From Malacoraja senta (Eukaryota): DNA of 64,000 nucleotides. The stretch lies in assembly GCA_038087875.1 (NCBI GenBank), contig CM075993.1:4156001-4220000 (forward strand), read 5' to 3'. A program made the translations under genes and the position numbers. The notes under the pieces are model-generated. The model made no database searches, was not told where the DNA came from, and saw only the letters and a list, made by a program, of their open reading frames with translations. Positions 1 through 11,515 of this stretch are shown piece by piece; position 1 is the stretch's first letter; each line of letters opens with the position of its first letter.

Positions 1-159
1 GCAATCCTGTCTGCAACCATTTTGCAGTAACTACACATTTCATTCATCGTTTAGCAGACTAAGTGATTGTCTTTCTGAATTGATGATAATAGCATTTCTT
101 GAAAGTGAGGGTCAAATTCATCGGTGTTGACAGCAACTGTATGGGGATAAACTGTAGAC

Positions 160-375
160 TTGTTCTCTATCTCTCTCTATATTCATTTGTTCTATATCTC
201 TCCACATCACTATCTATTTCTCTCATTTCCCTTTCCCCAGACTAGTCTGCAGAAGGGTCTCGACCCAAATCGTCACCTATTCCTTCTCTCCAGGGGGTGT
301 TTCCTGTCCCTCTGAGTTACTCCAGCATTTTGTGTCTCTTCGGTTTAAACCACCATCTGCAGTTCCTTCCTACAC
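160..375 (+). mobile_element. Penelope-like element terminal (pLTR) fragment with degenerate hammerhead motif
   Basis: Same sequence as the module following GIY-YIG coding fragments elsewhere in the window (gggtctcgaccc...ttactccagcattttgtgtc...ctgcagttccttcc). Confidence 0.75.
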
Positions 376-522
376 TATCCACCTGCAACCATTTTGCAGC
401 AGCAGCATATATCATTCATAGTGTAGCAGACTAAGTGATTGTCTTTCTGAATTGATGTTAATAGCATTCTCTGAAAGTGAGGGTCGAATTCATCGGTGTT
501 GACACCAACTTGTTGTTAGTGA

Positions 523-777
523 GGTGACGGTGGCGCAGCGGTAGAGTTGCTGCCTTACAGCGAATGGAGCGCCGGAGACCCGGGTTCAATCCTGACTACG
601 GGTGCTGTCTGTACGGAGTTTGTACGTTCTCCCCGTGATCTGCGTGGGTTTTCCCCCCACACTCCAAAGACGTACAGGTTTGTAGGTTAAATGGCTTGGT
701 AAATGTAAAAATTGTCTCTTGTGGGTGTAGGATAGTGTTAATGTGTGGTGGGCCGAAGGGCCTGTTTCCACGCTGTG
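523..777 (+). mobile_element. tRNA-derived V-SINE (HE1-like)
   Basis: A box (tggcgcagcgg), B box (gttcaatcc), V-domain ggagtttgtacgttctccccgtg, CR1-type tail gggccgaagggcctgtttcc; many copies in window. Confidence 0.85.
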
Positions 778-2250
778 CTGCGCAGCTGACAGACGTCTGG
801 ACTGACATCTTCAACCTGTCACTTGCCCAAGCAGTTGTGCCCACGTGCCTTAACCCACCTCCATCGTGCCGGTGCCAAAACACTCCACTGCGGTGAGCCT
901 CAACGACTTCCGCCCAGTTGCACTTACTCCCATCATCGCCAAGTGCCTCGAGAGGCTAGTCCTGGCACACCTCAAAGGCTGCCTACCCCCCACATTGGAT
1001 CCCTATCAGTTTGCCTACCGCAAGAACAGGAGTACGGGGATGCCATCTCAACGGCACTTCACTCCGCCCTCTCCCACCTCGACAACAGAGACACTTACGT
1101 AAGAATGCTGTTCATCGATTACAGCTCAGCATTCAACACCATCATACCCTCTAAACTGATCACCAAACTCGGTGACCTGGGCATTGACCCCTCCCTCTGC
1201 AACTGGATACTGGACTTTCTAACCAACAGACCCCAGTCTGTTAGGTTAGACAAGCAAACCTCTTCAACCCTCACCCTGAACACCGGCGTTCCACAGGGCT
1301 GTGTGCTGAGCCCCCTCCTCTACTCCTCTTCACCTACGACTGCACACCTGTACATGGTACTAACACCATCATCAAGTATGCAGATGATACAACGGTGATT
1401 GGCCTCATCAGCAACAACGATGAGTCGGCCTATAGGGAGGAGGTCCAGCTCCTAGCAGCATGGTGTGCTGACAACAACCTGGCCCTTAACTCCAAGAAGA
1501 CCAAGGAGCTCATTGTAGACTTCAGGAAGTCTAGGGGCGGCACGCACGCCCTCATCCACATTAACGAGCCGGAGGTGAACGTGTTTCCAGCTTCAGGTTC
1601 CTGGGGGGTCAACATCTCCGATGACCTCTCTTGGACCCACAATACCTCAACTCTGGTCAAGAAAGCTCACCAGCGTCTCTTCTTCCTGAGGAGACTAAAG
1701 AAGGTCCATCTGTCTCCTCAGATTCTGGTGAACTTCTACCGCTGCACCATCGAGAGCATCCTTACCAACTGCATCACAGTATGGTACGGCAACTGTCTCT
1801 GTCTCCAACCGGAAAGCACTGCAGAGGGTGGTGAAAACTGCCCAACGCATCACCGGTTTCTCACTCCCCTCCATTGAGTCTGTCCAAAGCAAGCGTTGTC
1901 TGCGAAGGGCGCTCAGCATCGCCAAGGACTGCTCTCACCCCAACCACAGACTGTTTACCCTCCTACCATCCGGGAGGCGCTACAGGTCTCTCCGTTGCCG
2001 GACCAGCAGGTCCAGGAACAGCTTCTTCCCTGCGGCTGTTACACTACTCAACACTGTACCTCGGTGGCTGCCAATCATCCCCCCCCCCCCCCGGACACTC
2101 CTCCCACCAGGAAAAAATACTATGACTGTATGCATGTAATTAGATTTATTTATTGCTCATATTTATGTCGCTCTTCTAGGGAGATGCTAACTGCATTTCG
2201 TTGTCTCTGTACTGTACACTGCACAATGCCAATAAAGTTGAATCTGATCT
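773..2250 (+). mobile_element. 5'-truncated, frameshifted Rex1/Babar-type LINE (reverse transcriptase remnant)
   Basis: Overlapping ORFs give [53 protein letters not shown] (1372-1392), KKAHQRLFFLRRLK, LPSGRRYRS; 3' end aataaagttgaatctga. Confidence 0.9.
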
Positions 2251-2376
2251 GAAGAAGGGTCTCGGACCGAAACGTCACCTAACCCTTCTCTCCGAAGATG
2301 CTGCCTGTCCCGCTGTGTTACTCCAGCTATTTGTGTCTATCTTCTGTTTAAACCAGCGCCTGCAGTTCCTTCCTAC
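2247..2376 (+). mobile_element. Penelope-derived hammerhead-motif module
   Basis: ctgaagaagggtctcggaccgaaacgtc followed by family consensus. Confidence 0.75.
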
Positions 2377-2593
2377 AAAATAAACTGTAGGATTGTTTGC
2401 TCGATTGCTGGACATATGGAGTTATTCTCAATCTGGCGTGTTGTCGCCGGGCAAGGCACGGCAGGAGAGGGGTCAAGTTTGTACTGGGATCTCCATGCCA
2501 AAGGTTAATGGGTTTCTGAAATCCTTTTAACAAAGATCAACACCCTGCAGAAATCTCGTCTTCCGGACTACCAAAACGAGATTAAGAAATGCT

Positions 2594-2750
2594 GGAGACA
2601 ATAGACAATAGACAATAGGTGCAGGAGTAGGCCATCCGGCCCTTCGAGCCAGCACCGCCATTCAATGTGATCATGGCTGATCATCCCCAATCAGTACCCC
2701 GTTCCTGCTTTCTCCCCATATCCTCTGACTCCGCTATCTTTAAGAGCCAA
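2594..2750 (-). mobile_element. CR1/HER1-type LINE 3' fragment
   Basis: (agacaat)n tail plus aggtgcaggagtaggcc...gccttctccccatatcc-type consensus. Confidence 0.8.
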
Positions 2751-4710
2751 TAGACAATGGAGAGGAGAGAGCGTAAGAAAAGATTTGCAAAGAGCTTAAG
2801 ACAAGTATAATGATCAGGAGAGACTGAGCAGAACGGGGCTCTTTCCACAGAGATCAAAAAAGTCACCCGCCTCATTGGTGACCCCCGGACTATCCTTGAT
2901 CTGACTTTCCTGGCTTTACCTTGCCCTGATACCTTCTTTGAATATCAATGTTCACATACAACATAGAACAGTACAGCAAAGGAACAGGCCCATCGGCCCA
3001 CAATGTCTGTGTCGAACATGAAGCCAAGATAAACAAATCTCATCTATCTGCCATTGAAACTAGAACGAAAACCAAGAACCTTTAAAAGACATTTGGACAG
3101 GTACATGGGTAGGAAAAGTTGAGAGGGATATGGGCCAACTGGGGGCGGGTGTGACTAGCATAGATGAGTCATGTTGGTCGGCATGGGCTAGTCGGGCCTA
3201 AAGGCCTGTTTCTCTGCTACATGACTGGGCATCATGTTATAGGAAAGATGCCGTCAAGTTGGAAATGGTAGAGAAAAGATTTGAGGTTGGATCCATATCC
3301 CTCCATTCCCTGCATATCCGTGTGCCTATCTAAAGCCTCTTAAGCACCACCATCATATTTGCCTCCTCCACTGCCCTGGCAGTTTCTTTGACAACTCTAG
3401 GTGTGAAACACGTTCACATGTTTTGCTAAGTTAAGCTAAGTCTGAAGAAGGGTCTCGACTTGAAACGTCACCTATTCCTTCCCTCCAGACACGCTCTCTG
3501 ACCCGCTGAGTTACTCCAGCATCTTGTGTCTATCTTCGTGCTATATATCTGCTTGATGCAGGGAATCACTATAAACCATTCGACACAAGGCACATGATAT
3601 GAAGCCTGCCTTAAATAATGTACCAAGCTAATATTTCCTATGAGAATTTAGATAAGATTCAAGTTATTGCTTCAGTCGTTCATGAGGCAACTTTTGAATC
3701 ACGACTGATTCTGTAGGCTATGAAATTTTCGCTGCAAATTGCTTCTGAAATCTCAGTGATAATCTAAACTGCTGGCCTAAAGGGATTATTAGTTCCTTGC
3801 ATCTCAGACACTCAGCGATACTGAATGAATCCTGGCTGTCTTAGTAACAGGTTTCAGAAATGTAATTCCTTGCTGCAACTTTAAAGAACAGAAGGGCAAT
3901 GATATTCATGGAATTGTTTGAGGCCACAATGTTTGCTGTATGCCTTGTTTGAAGCGAAAGCAAACATTCATTTCCATAGTGCTTTTCAAGTACTGGGGAC
4001 ATTTAAAAAAATAGGGATTGCATTTGAACATTTGCAATGTAAAAAAGGCACGGCAGCCAAAATGTCAAACTTCTCAGTTATTAGCCGTGTGTTTGATTCT
4101 GTCATAGAGGGCATTGCCTTGGGATCAAGGGTCATCGACTCATAGAGTCCCACAGTGTGGAAACCGGCCCTTTGGCCCAACTAGCCCACACCGGCCAACC
4201 TGTCCCAGATACACTCATTGCACCTGCCTACGTTTGGCCCATATCCCTCTAAAGACTTTTGCCTCCATCACAGTGAGGAGATGTTGGGTGGACTCACTGT
4301 GGTGGATGTTAATATGTGTTTATTGTTGTTTTATGTATGACTGTTGCAATTTTGTTCAGACTTCGGTCTGAATGACAATAAAGGGCTATCTATCTAATCT
4401 AAAGCTGTCCTATCCATGCCCAGCAATGGCGGCTTATTAATAGAGAAAATGGTAGTTCATAAACTATCGGAGCAGAATGCCATTCGGCCCATCTTGTCTA
4501 CTCCGCCATTCAATCATGGCTGATCTATCTCTCCCTCCTAACCCCATTCTCCTGCCTCCTCCCCATATATATCCATAAACTATCCATTGACTTGGCCTCC
4601 ACAGCCATCTGGGACAGCACGCAGAGAGTCACCGCGTTACGGTGCCACCTTGCTGCCTCCAACGTCTGTAACTTTGGAGGTTGCAAGACCTTGGCCCAAG
4701 GAGATGTGCA

Positions 4711-4777
4711 ATTCTTGTATTCTCACTTTAAGGCCCGGTGTCCAGGACACCGGGCCTTAAAGTGAGAATACAAGAAT
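4711..4777. repeat. Perfect 33-bp inverted repeat with 1-nt spacer
   Basis: attcttgtattctcactttaaggcccggtgtcc-a-ggacaccgggccttaaagtgagaatacaagaat. Confidence 0.97.
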
Positions 4778-5511
4778 GAAGATGAAAGCGATGAAGCAGA
4801 GCGATGAAGCAGGGGTCGTCGGCCTGCCACAGCGTGATGCCGTCGGCTCCTTCCACCGCTGCTCCATGCGGCTACCGCAGGTTGTGTTTCGATCTGCTCA
4901 CTCACCCACAATCAGACGCCAAAGAATGGTCTCAACCCGAAACATCACCCAATTCCTTCTCTCCAGTGATGCTGCCTGTCCCGCTGAGTTACTCCAGCAT
5001 TTTGTGTCTATCTTTGGTTGAAACCAGCATCTGCAGTTCCTCCCTACACATTTGGAATCTCACTATTGACTTTTGAAGCCCTTTTTCAAGTGTTCTTCTA
5101 TCAATGTCACTGGCCAGATTATTCAGTTATTTTGCACTCGACTTTAAAAATTAACATAAAAAGGTTTCAGTCGACAAACAATTTCCTGGAAGAACTCATC
5201 GGGTCAAGCAGCATCGGTGGAAGTGGGGAGGTGAGGGGGGAAGGAGGTGGAAGGAATTGTCGGTGTCTCAGGTTGAAAACCTGCATTAGGTTTGGAGGAT
5301 CACGAGCCAAAAGGAGGTAGATGGGCCGACCTCAGACTTGGTCGGCATGGATGAGTTGGAACGAAGGGCCGGTTTCTAACTCCAAGACTCTGTGACTCTA
5401 TCCTCGATTGTATGGGCTCTGCAACCACCAGCCTCCTGCGGGGCAAGTCTCCAAGCTCAGAGGAACCACCACGCCTTTCATAAAGGACCCTCCAGCTACT
5501 TCGTCCTTCCT

Positions 5512-5675
5512 TCAAGAGAGAGCTAGATAGGGGTCTTAAAGATAGCGGAGTCAGGGGATATGCAGAGAAGGCAGGAACGGGGTACTGATTGGGGATGATC
5601 AGCCATGATCACATTGAATGGCGGTGCTGGCTCGAAGGGCCAAATGGCCTACTCCTGCACCTATTGTCTATTGTC
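5512..5675 (+). mobile_element. CR1/HER1-type LINE 3' fragment
   Basis: Encodes FKRELDR-type C-terminus and ends in (ctattgt)n tail. Confidence 0.8.
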
Positions 5676-6584
5676 TCTGAAGGCCAAACTCCCATGTATA
5701 ACTTCACGGGTGGAGGTATTGTCAATGAAAAAATGTGTTAGGTCCCAGAAGACACCTGGATCCAATAAAAATTAATTCACATCTAAGTAATATGTTTCAA
5801 TTTAATACAAATATTGGGCTGGGTAAGGCTGAAACGATGTAGACTATAATAACACATTCTTTCTATTATCTATAAAATTGATCTGAAGTGATTTATCACG
5901 AGACAGGATAAAGCTGCCTTTTATTAAAAAAGGGATTATCTACCAATCTGTACAGTGCAGATGGCAATAACTATGTAGTTTATGCAAAGTGTCAACAAAT
6001 TGTTGGAATTATGGATCTAAGAACTTGTGCTTGAATAGATAAAACACTTTTTTTCCACGAAGGGATGTATTAAAACCGCATTGGTGGAATTCCTGAGGGT
6101 TTAACTAATTGTGTCAGAGACACAGAGTATAAGTCACCTCGAGTCTATCATTGCTCTTAAAGAGATTCACTGTCTCTCTCTCATGTGCTCTAAGTTTCTG
6201 GAGGCAGGAGTCTCCAGACGCTGTTCAAAAAAAAGCTACTGCCACCATGGCAACTGGTACATCAGAAAACGTTCCGAATCTTCAGCATGAAAGGTTTTGG
6301 AAATATTCCCCGTGGGGAAGAGGAACATGCAATCCCAGGATTCAAGGCGACGGGGAACGAGGCAGCAGCCAACGTTCATTTATCAGAATAATGTAATGAA
6401 CAGGACATTTAACAGACGAACATGTTTACTGGGCTGTTCATTGTGAATTATCACCAAGGTTGTCCCGTGAGAGGGAAATCAGGCAAGATTTGGTGCTGGG
6501 CCCTCGGGAAACGTTGTTGGATATGACCGAAAGGTTGGTCAGGGAGTCGGGTTTGAATGAGTATCTTGGACAATAGCCTTCAGA

Positions 6585-7056
6585 GACAATAGGTGCAGGA
6601 GTAGGCCATTCGGCCCTTCGAGCCAGCACCGCCATTCAATGTGATCATGGCTGATCGTCCCCAATCAGTACCCCGTTCCTGCCTTCTCCCCATATCCCCT
6701 GACTCCGTTATCTTTAAGAGCCCTATCTAGCTCTCTCTTGAAAGCATCCAGAGAACCTGCCTCCACCGCCCTCTGAGGCAGAGAATTCCACAGACTCACC
6801 ACTCTCTGTGAGAAAACGTGTTTCCTCGTCTCCGTTCTAAATGGCTTACTCCTTATTCTTAAACTGTGTGGCCCCTGGTTCTGGATTCCCCCAACATCGG
6901 GAACATGTTTCCTGCCTCTAGCGTGTCCAAACCCTTAACAATCTTATATGTTTCAATGAGATTCCCTCTCATCCTTCTAAACTCCAGAGTGTACAAGCCC
7001 AGCTGCTCCATTCTCTCAGCATATGACAGTCCCGCCATCCCTGGAATTAACCTTGT
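6585..7056 (-). mobile_element. CR1/HER1-type LINE 3' fragment (ORF2 C-terminus)
   Basis: ORF 6859-7062: [39 protein letters not shown]...SRTRGH. Confidence 0.9.
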
Positions 7057-7379
7057 AGACACTGCAGATGTTGGAATCCTGAGTCAAACACAAATAGTTG
7101 GAAGAACTCAGTGCATCTGGTGAGGTAAGGGACAGGTGATGTTTCAAGTCAGGGGGCCTTCTTCTGATTCTGAGGAAATAGGGTCTGAAGAAGGGTCTTG
7201 ACTTGAAATATCTCTTATCTGTTCGCTCCCCAAATGTTTCCTGACTTGCGGAGTTCCTCCAGCACTTTGTTTATTGCTCGGGCCTATATCTGTGTTGTAT
7301 GCCTCATTGTTTCTCAAATAAAAAACAGGCTAACAAGAAGTAAAGTGAAATACGTCCCTTGAAAACATTCAGTTTGAGT

Positions 7380-8733
7380 GGGTGGCATGGTGGTGCAGCG
7401 GTAGAGTTGCTGCCCTACAGCGCCGGAGACCAGGGTTCGATCCTGACCTCGGGCTCTGTCTGTACGGAGTTTATACGTTCTCCCCGTGACTGCGTGGGTT
7501 TTCTCAGAGATCTTTGGTTTCCTCCCACACCCCACAGACCTCCAGGTTTTTAGGTCAATTAACTTGGTATAAGTAGCAATGTTACAAAATTTTGAGATTT
7601 AAAAAATAAAGTCTGCAATTTATCGCATCAGATAAAGCATAAAAAGAAGTTTAATTTGACACCTAATTCACTTTCATATCTTCAGTAGTAAAGATGTTAT
7701 GGCCATTTTCATACTCGGAAATTAGCATCTTGTTCCCTATTGCTTTTCCATTGACTTAACACAAAAGCTGTGATCGAGGACAGTCAAAAGCCCATAACTT
7801 TCTTAAAAATTAAGATAACAAAGAGATTTTCAGTTATTATAGATTGAAGCATTCTGAAACAAATATGAAACAATCTTACTTAGATGACATGAAATTAAAG
7901 CATATAATTAGTTAGTTACCTAATTGTAGCTAATTACAAAATTCTATTACTAGATCTAAACATCTATCAATTTCTTAAGTATAGATTAACATTTTTAAAT
8001 AGCCTAAGTGTCCAAATAACATTCACACAAGAATTCACAATATAACATAATTTTTAAATCTCATTTTCATGAATTTACAGGCCAAATGGAAGGAATTGAA
8101 TGTTTAATACCTGTAAATTAATGGGCATTTAAATCATCTTGTGAGTGAGGATTTCTGGAACGCGATCTTTTGGAACGTTCATTTGCGGTGAATTTAACCC
8201 CGTATTGGCATGAAAACTACTGCCGTTAGTTCGGGGAATAAAATCACCGTTTCGCATGAAAAAATGTGAATTAAAGGCTTCTTAAGAAGCACTTTTATAC
8301 ATTTAAAGAAACCACTTTCGTTTACCTGTCCCGTGTGTGAAATCCGTCCCCGTTATCGGCGTTGACGCTTCAGGAGCTGCTTTTAAAATTACTCCAGCGC
8401 TGACATTGTCGATTTAATAAAAATAAAAAATTCACAAAACGCCACTAGGAACGATTCTTCAGCCAATGCTTGTACTCCAACGAAATATAATTCAGGACAA
8501 GGGAGGAGAAACCGTGTTTTAACCCCGCCCCCCCCTTAAAGGCGCCAAAATCGCGCACACGGCCAGTGGCAGAATTACAGCGCGACTGAAGGTAAGTTTT
8601 GTAACATACCTAGTATAAGTGTAAATTGTCCCTAGTGTGTGTAGGATGGTGTTAGTGTGCGGGGATCGCTGGTCGGTGCGGACTCGGTGGGCCGAAGGGC
8701 CTGTTTCCACGCAGTATCTCTAAACTAAACTAA
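7380..8733 (+). mobile_element. V-SINE (HE1-like) interrupted by a DNA transposon
   Basis: SINE head/V-domain 7380-7573; resumes at 8613 and ends in (ctaaa)n. Confidence 0.85.
7574..8612. mobile_element. Non-autonomous DNA transposon (hAT-like TAG...CTA termini)
   Basis: 16-bp imperfect TIR TAGcaATGTTACAAAA / TTTTGTAACATacCTA; gtataag duplicated at 7567-7573 and 8613-8619; no ORF in the track inside it. Confidence 0.8.
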
Positions 8734-9082
8734 AGTGAGTCAGCTATGGCAGCTTTAGACTGAGGGGCCGAATATCAAATCCTTCTGACCCTCAGCTCCG
8801 ATATAGATTCACCAGGATGTACGATGCATAGTAAATTAAACCATAAGAATTAGGAGCAGAATTAGGCCATTCGGCCCATCGAGTCGATTCCACCCTTCAA
8901 TCTTGCTTGATCTATTTTTTCCTCTCAGCACCATTCTCCTACCTTCTCCCCATAACCTTAGGCACGCTCGCTACAGGGCACCTGTAGAGGTTTGATGGAG
9001 TATTTGTCGACATCCTGAATCTCCTCAATCTTCTAAGGAAGAAGAGGCGTCGATGAGCTTTCGTTGTGAATGTCATCTTTAT

Positions 9083-9158
9083 TGGTCGAGTCTCCGGAGC
9101 TGGACTTGAACCAGCAACCTTTGTGTCAGAGAGGAGACTGCTACCCCCTGAGCTACAG
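9083..9158 (-). mobile_element. Old tRNA-derived SINE head (Deu-SINE/SacSINE1-like)
   Basis: Minus strand tagctcagggggtagc...ggttcaagtccagctccggagac has A/B boxes but no acceptor stem; family assignment from recall. Confidence 0.45.
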
Positions 9159-9196
9159 TTGGCAGAGAGCATCATTGAGCGACAGACATTCTTAAA

Positions 9197-9408
9197 AAGA
9201 TAGACACAAAATGCTGGAGTAACTCAGCGGGGCAGGCAGCATCTCTGGAGAGAAGCAATGGGTGACGTTTCAGGTCAAGACCCTTCTTCGGACCTGAAAC
9301 GTCACCCATTCCTTCTCTCCAGAGATGCTGCCTGCCCCGCTCAGTTACTCCAGCATTTTGTGTCTATCTTCGATGTCAACCGGCATCTGCAGTTCCTTCC
9401 CACACACA
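9197..9408. mobile_element. Fold-back (palindromic) Penelope-derived insertion with 13-bp TSD
   Basis: Arms 9197-9276 and 9291-9370; TSD acattcttaaaaa at 9186-9198 and 9409-9421. Confidence 0.85.
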
Positions 9409-9570
9409 ACATTCTTAAAAACACGCGTGCTGGAGAGGGGGCAATGATGAGGTGACGTTGGCAGCACTGGCATAACATACATGGAATATCGTTAGAATCA
9501 TCACCGCCTTTCCTCTGTCAGGGACTGATATGCGAGCTGTTGATGGCAGTGACTGGGAACATCACCCTAA

Positions 9571-9983
9571 AGGGCCTGTCCCACTTGGCGATATTTGGAG
9601 GTATCAGGGTCGTTCAAAGATTTTGAACATTTCAACATCCAGCGGCGACAAATAGACAATAGGTGCAGGAGTAGGCCATTCGGCCCTTCGAGCCAGCACC
9701 GCCATTCATTGTGATCATGGCTGATCATCCCCAATCAGTACCCCGGTCCTGCCTTCTCCCCATATCCCCTGACTCCGCTATCTTTAAGAGCCCTATCTAG
9801 CTCTCTCTTGAAAGCATCCAGAGAACCCGCCTCCACCGCCCTCTGAGGCAGAGAATTCCACAGACTCACCACTCTCTGTGAGAAAATGTTGCTATACTTG
9901 AGGAAATACTTTTTCGGTGACCTGATACGTCAGTAAATGATGCCGGCAGTCGCCAAAAAAATCGGCCAAGTGGGACAGGCCCA
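9571..9983. mobile_element. Harbinger-like MITE containing a CR1 3' fragment (~9650-9885, minus)
   Basis: TIR agggcctgtcccacttggc / gccaagtgggacaggccc; flanks taa / tta. Confidence 0.75.
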
Positions 9984-11329
9984 TTAATGCACATACTTAA
10001 TCCCAGTGTGTCAGCTTCCAGCAGGGGGCTTGGAGTGGCTAGACATTACAGATTCTTAGTCACGGGCCATTGCTTTTGTCGAACCTGGTCTTTTATTAAG
10101 ACTTACTGCCAGCAGGCCATTGCTCGATTGAACAAACTAGAGGCAAGGAACATGACAGCTATAAAATCGCATTTAAGGAGTGGAAAATCTAAGAGCCATT
10201 AAACAACAGTGACCGAACCAAACCAATCATTGAAAGACGGTCCAGGGTATTTTAAAACTAATTATGTCAATATAATCAATATTTAAAAAATTTAGTTTGT
10301 CGGTGATAGATTTCATTATCTATTGTGTCATTCTCACACACTATCAGTAACATAGAATAGTAGAGCAAAGGAACAGGCCATTCGTGCTAGTCCCACCTGG
10401 CCATATATGACCCATATCCCTCTAAAGCTTTCCTATCCATTTACCTGTCCAAATTTGTTTTGACTACCTGTCTCAACTACGTCCCGCTGGCAGCTCGTTC
10501 CATCCACTCGCCACCCTCCGTGTTAAAAAGTTGCCCCTCAGGTTCCGATTAAATCTTTGCCGAGACCCGAAACGTCGCCTATTCCTTCTCTCCATAGATG
10601 CTGCCTCACCCGCTGAGTTTCTCCAGCATTTTTGTCTACCTTCGATTTCTCCAGCATCTACAGTTCTTTCTTAAACAAGGCTAGTCTGAGGGTCACCAAA
10701 GAGGTAGATAGTAGTTCAGCACTGCTGAAGTTCAGCACCGCCATTCAATCATGACTGATCTATCTCTCCCTCCTAACCCCATTTTCCTGCCTTCTCCCCA
10801 TAACCCCCGACACCCATACTAATTAAGAATCTATCTATCTATCCCTTAAAAATATCCATTGACTTAGCCTCCACAGCCTTCTGTGGCAATGAATTCCACA
10901 GATTTATTGATTGAATGAACAAAAATGAACCATATTGCACTGTCTCCGAATATCATTCTTCTCGTACGCTTTTTATTTCCTTTTGTTCCCGCTCAGACCT
11001 CCTGAATGCGGGCTTTTCATGAAAGATTCAAAAGCACGAGCGCAGCATTTCAGCTCGTAGCGTTAAAAGCAATTTGAGTTGGTGAGCAAACAGCGGCAGT
11101 GAATGGGCAGTCGAGGCAATTCAGCAATCGATGAGCCGCTCTGAATGAGAACTATCCAGTGTATTTTTCCACGTTTCTTTTTTCAGAAATCAAAAGCCTC
11201 TGAATACTGAAGAAAATCAATAGCCTTGACAGATAATATAGCGATAATTCAATTTAGAGCTTCTGACGCCAAGAAATAAGTAAAAGAAGGACTGGCTCCA
11301 ATTCTGTTGCGTATCAGTCATGATATATG

Positions 11330-11515
11330 TTTAGGGAGATACAGCTTGGACACAGGCCCTTCGGCCCACCGAGTCCGTGCCGACCGTCGTGCTAATCTAT
11401 CCTACCCACTGGGGACAATTTACAGAAGCCAATTAACCTACAAACTTGCACGTCTTTCGGATGTTGGAGGAAACGGGAGCACCCGGAGGAAACCCACGCA
11501 GTCACAGGGAGAACA
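11330..11515 (-). mobile_element. V-SINE fragment
   Basis: caggcccttcggcccaccgagtcc...gtcacagggagaac. Confidence 0.75.

Noticed and set aside
523..600. tRNA genes at SINE heads
   Set aside because: A/B boxes run straight into the V-domain with no complete cloverleaf; these are SINE heads
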